A DNA stretch of 62,019 bases, counting the filler, from Chiloscyllium plagiosum (lineage: Eukaryota): the NCBI RefSeq assembly GCF_004010195.1. It is 4 parts of one record of this genome, joined end to end, with 100 filler letters (N's around TTAATTAATTAA, not from the genome) between each part and the next. Parts side by side here need not be neighbours in the genome. Positions count along the whole stretch, not along the records: positions 1 to 26,520 come from NC_057717.1; positions 26,621 to 37,835 come from NC_057717.1; 2 more parts are not named here. One strand, given 5' to 3'. Every line of letters begins with the position of its first letter. Position 1 is the stretch's first letter. The position numbers and the translations under genes were made by a program. Positions 23,721 to 36,156 of the stretch are shown piece after piece. The notes beneath the pieces are model-generated. The model did not search any database and was not told the DNA's origin. It saw only the letters and a program-made list of their open reading frames with translations.

Positions 23721-26520
23721 GGCACGAAAGGGATGGTGGGAGAGCAAGAGTACGGTATGGAGATAAAACGCCAGCCATCATTATACTGAATTGGATAGCA
23801 AACTCGATGGACCAAAGGGACTACTGTACTTCCTATTTATAGCTTTCCAAGGTTAATCGCACTAACGGATATATTCATTGTGTGGGATAAGTGCATTGAG
23901 GAGATGATTGAACATAAACTAGAATGTGGAAGGCTCAATGTGTTGTATGACCTCCTCCTTTACCGGTGTTTCTGTGTAGTCTGTGAGAATATTGTCACAA
24001 ACTCTCAGATGTTAGGAAGGAGATCTCTGCAGGGGCGACAGGACTGTGTTTACCGTTCCCTTTTCCGATACCGAGGCTGGTGCCGGGTGTTCTGTCTGGT
24101 TTTATCCTTTAAGACCTTGGAACAGTTTGATACAATAGAGTGTCTTGCTTGGCCGTTTCAGAGACCATTGAGGATGTTTATCACATGTCTGTCTGTCTGG
24201 AGTCACTTTTAGGCCAGACCAGGAACGCACGGGAGATTCACTTCCTGAAAGTCCATTGGGGAAGCAAATTCATGTTTACAATCGATATTGGCTTCAAGGT
24301 CACTGTTACTGACACCATATTTTGCATCTTAATAGTTCAATAATTATTTTTAACTTCCAGAATCTGCCAGAGCATTTGTCTGGTCTGGATTAGTAATCCA
24401 GTGACATCTCCACAACCGCACCATCTCCATAAGGAGATTTATCAGAAACTACACTGAGCAGGTTATTTCTGTGCTGCTTGACAGCTGTGTTAAAAATTGC
24501 TCCACCCAATTTGACTATCGTGACTGCACTGAGGGAGAAGTAATTGGTCAGATTGTAATTATTCTCTTCTTAGCTGAGTAATTTTCCTCATTGCCAGGGA
24601 GATATCAGAGTTGGAGCTGGAATGAAACAGCTTCCCCAGGGACATGGCTTGATGTGCAGCACAAGTCTTCAGTCCTATTACAGGAATGGGGTCAGGGCCC
24701 ATTGCCTTTGTCGTATTTATTGTGTTCAGCTGTTTCTTCACCTCACGTGCATCGAGTAGAATTGATTAAAGACTGGCATCCGTGATTCTGTGGGCATCAT
24801 GGCGATGGTGAAGTCGATCATGGACTCTACACTTCGGGCTGAGGATCGCACAGATACTACATTCTTGTCTTTTACACTGATGTATAGGTCTGATCCATTA
24901 CCTAGGATGAGGATGTTTGTGGATCCCTTTCCTCCAATCATTTGCTTATTCATCCATCACCATTTATGACTGAATGTGGCAAGACTGCGGAGCTTCGATC
25001 AGATCTGTTGCTCAAGTGTGGTAGCATTAATGGGTTACCATCAGGTTTGGGTTCACATTGTTCTGACCCTGACATGTTCACCCAAAGTCATTACTGAAAC
25101 ATAGATCGTGCTGTTTGTAATGGCAGACTAAGGAGATTATCCCTGGACAAAATGTTACAGGTGGTGGCTCAATGGTCTTCTGCTTCTCCTGCTGTTGTGG
25201 TCTACAGCACTACATGAATACGCAGTTTTGAGCTGCAATATCTGAAATGCAATTCTGCTGTCTGTCCCCTACTTCACTTTTCACTGTTTCACCCATCACC
25301 CCTGCACTCAGTGACCTACTCTGGTTTCTGATGTGATAACACTTTCATTTTCATATTCTCATTCTGCTGAGGACATGCTTCCAATTTGACACGTTCCATT
25401 TCAAAAAATGATTTTAATTTTATTGTTTAATTCATCTGATTCTTTTTCCTTGAGTAATACTATCTTCTGTGTTTAAATTGACTGTATTTCCCTCTGTTTC
25501 TCTTCCTGGCCATGATTAAGAGCTCTGTAGTGTCAGTGATGCCAGCCTTATGTAGTTTCAGAGCCAATGAACTCTTTGGATTGCCAATCATCTTCACCAC
25601 ATTCTATCTTTTCTCTTTTGTTTTGATGCCTTATCAATCATGGCTGGCTTGTCCTCCCATGAGTATGTTTCATCATTTTTGGGAGAATTTCTCATATCCT
25701 CCGAATTATCTAACATAAATTTCTGCCATTGCTGCTCCATGGTCTTCCCTGCTCGGCTCCCCTTCCAATTTACTCTGGCCAGCTTCTCCCTCATGTCTTT
25801 GTAGTTATGGTGCTCAATTATAATCATATTACATCAAGAAGAGGGCAATAGATATAAACCGAAAGAAGAATTTTTGAGAGATTGGAGATAAAGAGTAATT
25901 GGCAAATTTCTTAACTAGATACAAAGAGAGAACGAGAGAGAGAGGATATAGACGAGGACATGTGAAAAATGAGAAAGCTAGATTCTCAAAAGAAGTAGAT
26001 GTACATCCCTCAATGTTTTGGCAATTGCGGTGTGTTGTAGTCGTTTTTACACTGCATGTACAACAGAGTAATCTGTTCAAATGCTGGGTCTGATGCCAGA
26101 ATTTTAATTTCCAATAATATGACAGACACTAGCTTTGGAAAAAACCAGCAGGCCAATATATTGAATTCCCCGTAGAAAAGGGATTAACTGAAATAAGTTG
26201 GGATACCACAAGCAAGAATTTATAATACACATCCTGATAAGAATGAGAGTATAGTGCAGCAATTTCCAGAAAAGGAGGGAACATTGAGAGAAGGGGAACA
26301 TATCACATTAGATGAGCATCAAGTAATGTTTCATCAATTTTATACATCATGTGCATCATTTTTCGATAACTGTGTCTCCGTTATTCATTTAGAATGTGTT
26401 GTGCACACATGAAAAATATCTGCACACGCATTGATTAAACAATGTATGCAAAATCATTTTTTTCTACATTGAAATGCTCCTGTTTTCGTGCTACCAGGAT
26501 ACATGAACACCAAAAAGCCA

Positions 26521-26620
26521 NNNNNNNNNNNNNNNNNNNNNNNNNNNNNNNNNNNNNNNNNNNNTTAATTAATTAANNNNNNNNNNNNNNNNNNNNNNNN
26601 NNNNNNNNNNNNNNNNNNNN
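26521..26620. other. Artificial scaffold linker N44-TTAATTAATTAA-N44
   Basis: Exactly 100 bp with a six-frame-stop 12-mer at 26565-26576; identical structure occurs three times. Confidence 0.95.
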
Positions 26621-27962
26621 CAAAGATGGCCTCCTTTTAAACATTTTATTCTTCCTGTTTTTGTAGACTACAATACATATATATTGCATTGACCCTCAGC
26701 ATGCAAACATTCACAACCCCATTCTATTTCAGTCAGTTTACTTCTGCTACAGAACGCCTCAGTTTTTCTTCATCCAAGTTTCGACAACTTGGCAGTAAGT
26801 ACGGTTTCTTGTCCTGTCATCTGTGTAATTTTCAAATTGAATGGCAACAAAAATAGCTCTATCTGAACAGACTGGAAGTTTTCTCCCGAAATTTCTCTAA
26901 AAATGTTCAGGCCTTGTGATCAGTATATAAATTTGTCTCAGACACGTTATAGGCAATTTAAATGCTGAAATATTGTAACACCAACACCAAGCACAAGGCC
27001 TCCTTCCCAGTTGTGAAATATTTCAGTTGATGTTTCCACTGGACTTTCCAACCACATGTTACATATGGAGCACTTCTCATCTCTCCAATAGTCCTTCTGA
27101 ATGACATATTTCCTCTTCTCTCAGCTTAAAGGATTTACATGCTCCTGTTGCTCCTAATGCTGTAACTCCTTTACCTGCTACTCCTGGCCTATGCCACTTA
27201 ACCTTACACACAGGTATATCAACTAATAATCATTAGCCATTTCTGCTTCTAATCTTGCCATTTTAATTCTCTGCCTCTTCCACATGCGTTCTCATGATTA
27301 CAGGAAGTGAGTTTTTGAACTCCTCCAAAGTAAGAATCTCTCTAAGAGGTTGCTCTGTTTTTAATACCCTGACTCATCTTTCAAAATTACTTTGGTTGAT
27401 CCTTTCAAACTCAATGTATGTTTAACCAGGGACGCAATTTTAGATTCTAAAACACTGTCTGTACGTTTCTGGCACAATTTCATATGCACTTCAGATGTTT
27501 TTCTTCACCTCCTCATACTTGCCAGATACCTCTTCCCATAGGGTTGCAACTACCTCACACCTAATACCTACCAGTTCTGTTTGGAGCAACTAAATCCACA
27601 TGGTCAGTGGCCACTGCAATCGTGTGGCCACTTTCTCAAATGAAATTGAAAAAAAATCTACATCCTTCTCATCACATTTAGGCAATACCTAGATGTATTT
27701 AAACAGATCCCCATCGGGCCTTTGGCAACATAGGGTTTCCTATCCTCACTGTCCTCCTTACCCAGCCGACCGTCTACCTTCGTCTCCACCCAGATAAGAT
27801 GACTTTCCTCTCAATTGCTAACTTTTGAAGTTGAAACTATCTCGCTTTCTGCTTTTCTTCTTTCCTTTTCTGTCTTCCTTCTCCTTTTCGTTTCTTTAAA
27901 TTCTACATTTAATCTTATTTCAAACTGTCTCAATTCCTTTTTGCGTTCAATCTGCCTCATCT
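26621..27962 (-). mobile_element. Second internally deleted Gmr1-like Gypsy fragment (gag-protease start-RNase H)
   Basis: Colinear and similar to ~12270-13500, including the same protease-to-RNase H junction. Confidence 0.8.
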
Positions 27963-28369
27963 NNNNNNNNNNNNNNNNNNNNNNNNNNNNNNNNNNNNNN
28001 NNNNNNNNNNNNNNNNNNNNNNNNNNNNNNNNNNNNNNNNNNNNNNNNNNNNNNNNNNNNNNNNNNNNNNNNNNNNNNNNNNNNNNNNNNNNNNNNNNNN
28101 NNNNNNNNNNNNNNNNNNNNNNNNNNNNNNNNNNNNNNNNNNNNNNNNNNNNNNNNNNNNNNNNNNNNNNNNNNNNNNNNNNNNNNNNNNNNNNNNNNNN
28201 NNNNNNNNNNNNNNNNNNNNNNNNNNNNNNNNNNNNNNNNNNNNNNNNNNNNNNGTTAAGCCAGTGAAGTACATTATGGAGCAGGGAGTAGTTAAAGTGA
28301 ATAATGGTCAGGGCATGGTGTCAGGAATCAGCTCATGACCAAAGGGATCAACAAAGTTGTGATTCTTCT

Positions 28370-28620
28370 GTGTCAAACACCACCTGCAAGATCCCCTTCA
28401 AGCGGCTCACTACCCTGACTTGGAAATATACCGGTGTTCCTGCACAGTCGTTTGGTCAGAATTCTGGAATTCCCTCCCTCATGTCATTGTGGATCAACCC
28501 ACAACAAGTGGATTGCAGCGATTCAAGAGGCCATCTCAATACCACCCTCTCAAGCACAAATAGGAAAGGGCTATCCCTGGCCAGCCAGAGATTCCCAAGT
28601 CCCAGAAATGAATTAAATAA
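28370..28620 (+). mobile_element. 3' end of the CR1/L2-group LINE, present in the intron of GPCR copy 2
   Basis: ccctgacttggaaatataccggtgttcc...cagaattctggaattccctccc matches 22855-22925. Confidence 0.75.
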
Positions 28621-28985
28621 AAATATATTGGCCACGGATGGGATGGAGTCCCAGGAAGGAAATGGAGTTTGCAAACATAATAGAGGGCAATGACCTCCAC
28701 ACTTCAAATATTTAAATAACGAGGGCAGTGAGACAATGGTTCACATTTTAAACTGTGTAGGTCAACACAGAAATCCATGAGTAACAGTGCCAGAAGCAAA
28801 GAGGGAGACAGTAATTGAACAAGTTCACTGATGCAGTTAATAGTGGTCGGTGGAGTCAAGATCTGGATTCAGAGTCCCAACATGAACAATAATAGTCACA
28901 AGAAGTGAAGACTATATGAAAGAATAGTAACGCAGTCATAACTGGTTTCTAGAAAAAAAAAACATAGCTGGACGGTGAGACTTAC

Positions 28986-29136
28986 CAGGGACTGCAATGA
29001 TAGACAGGAAAGGATAATAAAAAATATTGAATAATGCGAAGAGCATAATATGTCCACCATGATAAAGACAACCAATCATAATATATCGAACGGGATGAAA
29101 CATGATCGCATAAACCCCTGTCCATTGCTGGAACAT
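28986..29136 (-). pseudogene. GPCR (GPR139-like) first coding exon, copy 2; +1 frameshift in a T6 run, or intact if this is a sequencing error
   Basis: ATG at 29125 gives MDRGLCDHVSSRSIYYDWLSLSWWTYYALRIIQYF/YYPFLSIIAVP, with an intact G|GTAAGT donor at 28985-28980. The length is 140 nt, one more than 3n+1. The ATG at 29136 is open through to the donor. Confidence 0.75.
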
Positions 29137-29574
29137 TCCAGTCTAATGTTCACAGGTTATGATCTCTCCTCCCCTTCTCCATCTGGAGCTGCTTATCCCT
29201 GTTAGTGCTGTCGATGATGCTCCTTCTCATACTATGGGATAACACATTGAATGGCGCCCATTTATCATTAAAAGATGGGAACTCTCCACTGGGATAATTA
29301 GAATCCATGGAGACTGACATTAATCACAGATACCGAATAAAGAGGCTCAATTAACCCCTTCCTTACATAGCATTTCATATCGTAATAAAAGGGAATATTT
29401 ACTCAGTCCGGATGGAATGGATGAGGGTTACTAACGGACGGACTATAAATATTCTTTTTTTTATTTTTCCTTGTACTTGGAAGCCCTGCGGGGCTGTATA
29501 TGTCCCAGGGATAGAATAACAGAGCAGCTTCATAAGATGTCTGGTGGGGAAATTTCTGGATACATGAACACAAG

Positions 29575-30905
29575 AGAGAAAGTGAGAATTGCAGATGCCA
29601 GAGGTCAGAGTCGAGAATGTGGTGCTGGAAAAGCACGGCAGGTCAGGCAGGATCAGAGGAGCATTGACATTTCTTGTGTAGGCCCTTCATCAGGAGTGAG
29701 GCTAGTGGCCCAAGGGAACTGAGAGATAAATGGGATGGGGATGAGGTTGCGGAAGGTAGCTGATAATGTGATAGCTAGATGAAGGAAGGGTTGAAGATGA
29801 TATGTCGGGGAGGAGGGTGGGGCAGATAGAAGGGAAGGAGGTTTGACAGGTAGGATGGGGCGGTGCTGATTTGGAAGGTTGGAACTGGGAAAAGTTGGAG
29901 GGAGGGAAAATGAGAAAACAGGTGAAATCCATATGGATCCTATGTGGTTGTCGGATCCCAAGGCTGTTAAGTCTTTCTTCCTCCAGGCGTCGGGTGGTTA
30001 AGGTTTGGTAGTGGAGGAGGCCCAGTACCTGCATGTCCATGGCGGAGTGGGAAGGGGATTTAAAGTGTGCAGCCACGGGGTGGTGGGGTTGGTTGGTGCG
30101 GTTGTCCCAGAGATCTTCTCTGAAGTTTTCCGCACATTGTCGTCCGGTCTCCCCAGTGTAGAGGAGACATCAAAAGTAACGGATAGTGTAGGCAACGTGC
30201 GTGGAAGTGCAGGTAAAACTCCTAAGAATGTGGAACCATTCTCTGGGGTCTCGGACGGAGGTGAGGGTGCAGCATTTCCAATTCTTGTAGTGGAAGGGGA
30301 AGATGCCAGGAGTGGAGGTTGGGTTGTTGGGTGGCGTGGACCTGACAAAGGAGTCACGCCGGGAATGTTCTTTATGGAAAGCAAATCGGGGTGGGGAGGG
30401 AAATATATTCCAGGTTGTTTGTAGNNNNNNNNNNNNNNNNNNGGAGGGAAATATATTCCAGGTTGTGGGGCCTGTTTGTAGGTGGCGCAAATTGGGGAGG
30501 GTAATGCATTGTATCTGGAGATTTGGTGGGATGGAAGGTGAGGAACAGGATTTTCTTTTCCTGTTGAGTTTGGAGGGGTGAATGTTGAAGGCAGAGGTAC
30601 GGGACGTAGATGAGATGCTCCGGATGGCATCGTCGACCATGTGGGAAGGGAACTTGCTGTCTTTGAAGAAGGATGCCATCTGGGATTTACACTGGGTTAA
30701 GAGTCTGGTCCTGGAAAAACACAGCGGGTCAGGCAACTTCCGAACAGGAAGAAAATTCGACGTTTTGGGCAAAAATGAATTCATCAGGAATCGCTCTTTC
30801 GTCCAAAACATCGGTTCTTCTGCTCCTCGGATGTTTCCTGACCTGATGTGCTTTTCCAGCACAACACTCTCGACTCTAACCTCCTGCATCTGCAATACTC
30901 ACTTT
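29575..30905 (-). mobile_element. Penelope-like element (family 3): GIY-YIG region with terminal-repeat segments at both ends
   Basis: RSFTCTSTHVAYTIRY and HFKSPSHSAMDMQVLGLLHYQTLTTRRLEEERL; decayed ctgatgaagggc.. hammerhead motif at ~29665-29695 (-). Confidence 0.85.
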
Positions 30906-31387
30906 TGCATACGCACTATGTTCAGCCACTTCTGTAATACTGCCTTTAATTTTGTTCTCACTGCTGTAGGAACGATAATGTTAGACTTGAAAGCATGCAG
31001 AAAAGATTTCTAAGTATATTGACAGTATTGGGTGGGGCGGTGGTGGCGAGTGATGTTGAGCTACACGGAGATTATGAATGGGCTGGGGCTATGTTCCCTG
31101 AAGGGTTGTTTATGAGGAGTGACCTTACTGAGGTTTATTACGGTGAATCCCGATGCTCCAGGGTGAGCAATGCCAATGACCAGGGAAATAGACAGGACAG
31201 ATATTCACTTCGAAACTGGAAAATTACTCATTAACAACATGCTGCCGAACGGTGGAGGCAGTCTGAAGAATGGGACAGGCCGGAGGAGTCAGAAATTGTA
31301 GATAACAAAAATACAGCCATTGCCATATCAACTGAAAGGATTAGTTATATCACATTCTCAATCCATCTCAGCGAACCAGACCAGACA

Positions 31388-31660
31388 CTATAAACCCAGA
31401 GGAGATATCTGTTCATCATGGAGCACTGCGCAGACCAGGCTAGTGTACAGCTGAACACAACCCTGCAATCAGTCCAGAGAAGAACACTGTGCAGACCTCA
31501 GCAATGCATTGATCTATAGGCCCAGATGAGATATGTGTTCAACAGGGAGCGCTGTGCATACCGGGCTGGTGTACTGTGTAATACAACCACAATCTACCCA
31601 GAGTGGAAGGATATGCAGACGACAGTAGTGCATTGAGCTATAAACCCAGATGAGATATGC
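31388..31660. repeat. Degenerate ~125-bp tandem repeat, ~2.2 units
   Basis: ctata(aa/gg)cccaga(g/t)gagatat at 31388, 31514 and 31638, with similar intervening sequence. Confidence 0.7.
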
Positions 31661-32394
31661 AACCAGGGTGTGGAACTGTGTCCCATCATCCCAGTGCATT
31701 GTTCAATAACACTGTGTTTGATCACTGCCCAGCGTGGGGAAACTTGCAGCTCATGCTGGAAGTAACAGGATAAACAGCTCCCATCCATTTACAGCTCCAT
31801 ATCTCTATTGTGCCATGACACAGGGTGCTGTGGGTGTGAAAATCACTCCAGGGAGAGATGGCGGGGGAATCAGTTTAAGTATCAACAAATCGGAGGGGTT
31901 TGGGGAATAGACAGAGAGAGCGAGATTGAGAGACAATGTCATGGAAGAATGTATTCCCAGGATTCAGAATGCTGAAATGACGATATTTCAACGGTATTGT
32001 GCAACATGAGCTCGTGTTTCCAGGAATGATGGGTGAATGGGATATTGGTGTGAGTTCAAATAATGGAGAGTATTGGATGAGCATTTGTTTGGCAGCTTTG
32101 TAACTGGGGGTAGGGTCAGCAGAGTCTTCGACACATTGGGCTGCATCGAACCATAATTTGTCACATTGACATTTTCACTGAGTATGACAGACGGTTGTCT
32201 GTATGAGACTGAGCTAGCTTCCTGGTGATATCTTATCGAACTCACCACTTGGCTTCTTCTCATTCAATGCCAGCTCGATTTTCCTTCATGGTTGGAGGTA
32301 CTCACGAGCACCTGCATGACCCCAGATATTCTGTGATCCCTGGCACTGTTGCCAACTCCAAAAGCCCAATGGGCACACGGTTGAGCTTTCTCCG

Positions 32395-33130
32395 TTTGAA
32401 GCTGCCCCGCACAGTTTACCCTGAGCATCGCAGATAACGGGCAATTACACAACGGTTTGTCAACAGAGACACGGCAGTCCTGGTGAATGGGCTAGTACAG
32501 AGGGGGTCCATTCTCTTCCCAGAGTGGGCCACGCTACCAGACCCACCGAGCACAGTGTGAGCTCACCACCCAGCTCAGTGCAGTATCTGCAGTATGAAGA
32601 AATGTCCAGCAATACAGCACAAGCATCAATAACCTTCCCTGCTCTGTCAGGATAAGGGTCACTGTATTCTCTCTGCTCCCTCACACTCACTGTATATCTG
32701 TTATAGCACCAACCCCCAAACAATGCTCATGCTCCATCACTCTCACTACTGCATGCAGTCTCCCTTCTCTCTCTCTCTCTCTCTCTTTCTCTCTGTCTCC
32801 CTCCACTTTACCCCCCACACCAATAACACTGCATAGATTCAACAGTGTGTGGACTGACACCCTCCGGACATCTCACCATGTCCCCCACCAACACCAGCAC
32901 TAACAATAGGAGCACCCATGCCAACCCTCCCTCCCTCCTTCCTTTCTCCCATTCCAGGAGAAACAGCCTGAAATAGGACAGAAAGGGCCAAGCTGGATGG
33001 TGGAGCACCCGATATCCATTCTTTCACCCCCCCTCCCCCCGCCATGTGGGGAGGACCCTGGTACGAGCCGGAGAGGACTGGGACGCCTCGTGTGGAGATT
33101 CTGAAACATCGACATCCCACCAACGGAGTA
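32395..33130 (+). pseudogene. Decayed two-exon Myb/SANT-like gene of a PIF/Harbinger transposon
   Basis: Exon 1: AVLVNGLVQRGSILFPE..ELTTQLSAVSAV*RNVQQYSTSINNLPCSVR. After a pyrimidine tract and ttccag acceptor, exon 2: NRTERAKLDGGAPDIHSFTP, resembling the xTGGG motif. Possible donor gagtaag at ~33126. Confidence 0.65.
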
Positions 33131-33131
33131 A

Positions 33132-33430
33132 GGGGCTGCACAGTGGCACAGTGTTAGCGCTGCTGCCTCGTAGCGCCAGAGACCCGGGTTCAATTCCCGC
33201 CTCAGACGACTGTGTGTAGTTTACACATTCTCTCCGTGTCTGCGTGGGTTTCCGCCGGGTGCTCCGGTTTCCTCCCACAGTCCAAATGATGTGCAGGTCA
33301 GGTGAATTGGCCATGTTAAATTGCCTGTAGTGTTAGGTAAAGAGGTAAATGAATGGGTGGGTTCGGCTTCGGCGGATCGGTGTTGACTTGTTGGGCCGAT
33401 GGGCCTGTTTCCACACTGTAAGTAATCTAA
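33132..33430 (+). mobile_element. HE1-type V-SINE, near full length
   Basis: tRNA-like head (gtggcacagtgttagc..gggttcaattccc), V-domain core gtgtctgcgtgggtttcc..ggtttcctcccacagtcc, CR1-like tail. Confidence 0.92.
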
Positions 33431-33689
33431 TGTAATGAGCAATGTTCAGTGAAGGCCAATTCTCACTTTAAACACACTGGCAGTTCCGTTTCCCCCCGGC
33501 ACAACGTAGAAACCGTGGCCCTGATGCCATCTCCCTTTTATGTCGAGCTGGTCCAAATGGAATCCGCACGGTCTCGGTGGGCAGGAGGGTGGGGTCACAA
33601 CACAGCGTCACCACCACCTCCCAGGAAGGGAGCACGAAGGCTCCCTTCTACACCTCTTCCTGTAAACAGCTCAGATACAGAAACTAATC

Positions 33690-35590
33690 TGTGATTCATA
33701 CTGCTCTCCCCACTTGTCCTGACATCTTTAATAATCGGTGCTCATATAAAACCAGGACCCTCTGCTCCTGCACCCCCTTTATAATGGTACAGCCTGTTTT
33801 ATATTGTCTTGCAATGTCCTTCCTACCAAAATGCATCACCTCACACTGCTCTGCAGTGATCCCCAGCTGCCATACACCTGAACACGACACGAACGTGTGA
33901 TTGTCCTGATAGAGTTCCACACTATCCTTCATAGACTTTACAATTCTTCCAGGTTTGGTGCCATCTACAAACACTGATATTGTCATAGCATCACAGTCCC
34001 CATGAAACAACTGAAATCCCTTGCCCCACACACACGAGTGTGAGCCAGTGAAATACTGATATATTCCCACGGACAGAGTCGAATAATGACATACTGTCAA
34101 TGGAGCAACGTAAGTCCTGATAAAAACCAGACGGGGGAGATGAAATATTGACAAACCATAGAGCGAGAGAAATCCGGATTGGCTCCACTTATCTTTATTG
34201 ACATCAAGGTATTAATGTGATGAATTTGAAAGTTTGTACTGTACATTTAAGTGAGGGTGAATGCTGTTCTGAACTGAGAGCTTCCAAGCACCTGAGATAT
34301 GAGAGAATGGCAGACCCAGAAACTGTATATTGCTGTAGAGCTGGAGTCGGGTAATAAGCGGTTAAGAGAAAGGGGGTCTCAGAGTTGTGAATAGTTGATG
34401 GAAAATGTTCACTTTCAGAGTGAAAAAAATAAATTTATGTTTTTATTTAAACAGTGGAATTTGGGAGTTCTCTGTCACTCATATTTTAACAGTTGACCAG
34501 GTGAATTGAGTATTTATTTATGTTTAGTTTATATTACCAGATTAGCTTTCTGCCGTGTCCTAACCATTCCCGTGTGTACCTGTGTCTCTGTGCAGGGCCG
34601 GTCTGGCTGTCTCTTGGTGCTTAAAGTGATGCAATGCCACCCTCTGCTGGCCTCCACACGCCACGGCACAAGCATTGGCAGAGGGTGAAATCAACAGGGA
34701 TTCATTCAGAGAGGGTGAGGGAGAGGACAGCTGCTCACAGTACCATTCAAACTGATGTCTTATCCATGTACTGATCTAAATGTCCTTTAAACGTTGTAAC
34801 TGTCCCTGCTTTCATCACTTCCTCTGGAAGTTCATTGCGCACACAAGCCAGCTTCTGTCTAAAATCGTTACCTCTCATGACTTTTGTAAATATTTTTCCT
34901 CGCACCTTAAAATATCCCTCAGTCTTAAACCCCCGACTATAGGGAAAAGACTTCAGCCCTTCGGCTTATCTGTACGCCCCATGATTTTATAAATCTCTGC
35001 AAAGTTACCCCTTAATCTTACTCTCCAGTAAAACAAGTCCCAGCCAATCCAGCCTCTCCTTATAGCTCAGTCCCTCCTTTCCCAACAACATCCAGGTTAA
35101 TCTCGATTGAACCCTCTCCTGCTTAATAATATCAAGGTCAATAATATCAAAGTGAATAGTTAAGGTATTTTCTAAGGTTTTGGGAGTCCAACAATAGAGG
35201 ACATAGTTTTAAGGTTAGAGGGGAAAAATTTAAAAGTCACCTAAGTGGCAGCTTATTCACCCAGAAGCTGGTGTGCCTATGGAATGAGCGGGCAACGTGA
35301 CCAGACTGAACACAGTATTCCAGAAGAGGTCTCACCAATGTCCTGTACAACCTCAACATGACGGCCCAATTCCGATACCTGTGAAGACAAGTGTGCTGAA
35401 CATATTTTTGAACACACTATCTATATGAGATGCAAATTTTAAATAATTGTACCTGACGGCCTAGGTCACTGTCCTGCAACACTGCCAAAGGCCCTACTTT
35501 TAATTGTATAGATCCTGCTCTTGTTTGATTTACCAAATTCAATACCTCGCATGAATCCAAACTAAACTCCGTCTGCCACTCCTCAGCCCA
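33690..35590 (-). mobile_element. Cluster of decayed CR1 fragments (~33690-33990 and ~34740-35590, part inverted), with unassigned sequence between them
   Basis: WQLGITAEQCEVMHFGRK..EQRVLVLYEHRLLK; CR1 3' region sequence. Confidence 0.7.
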
Positions 35591-36156
35591 GTGAGTGATA
35601 TTACTGCCTCCTCACCTTCCCCGTTTAATTCCCTCCCCATCTCCAGGAGGACTGCACACTCTGGCCTTGATTTTCACAAAGACCCTGAGTTTGGGTTCCC
35701 TTGTGTGGATGGGGGATGAGGGATTGATTGCAGACACAGTCAGTGGGGAGGAGAGACTGGACAGTAATCCGCTGCCTTGTAACATTTCATGGTCTTAGGA
35801 AAAGAGCAGTCACACGTTATTGGTGGGTAATACTGGTCAGTGCTTTCGGGCCAGAAATTATGCTCTTTCTCCGTCTCTGGTGTTCAGTAATAAATACCTA
35901 TTTGAGACCCTTCATTGTGCAGAGTGTATCTGCAGGAATTCTTTCCCTAATATTGTAGACTACAGATAATAGCAATTAAAGATGTTCGTAGTTAATTTTG
36001 ATGGTATAGCACGTGCACTCAACATCCTACACATGAGACAAATGTCTTGCACTTGTTTAACAAATCAAAGTGTTTTGTGTAGTTCAGTAATGCTAACCTG
36101 ATCATAATAATCCACACCGAGCTGAAAGCTGACAATTAACATATAACCCAAAATCT

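Larger units (their letters stand above)
18638..26307 (-). repeat. Arm B of the young inverted segmental duplication (partner 1-8773)
   Basis: Reverse-complement colinear with arm A apart from several indels. It supplies sequence (~23270-24090) that is a gap in arm A. Confidence 0.95.

Noticed and set aside
26565..26576. TTAATTAATTAA palindrome as a regulatory or recombination site
   Set aside because: Always centred in exactly 44+44 Ns; an assembly spacer
33132..33205. tRNA-like sequence as a tRNA gene (also 36157-36425)
   Set aside because: It continues into a V-SINE body or is degenerate; no complete cloverleaf seen
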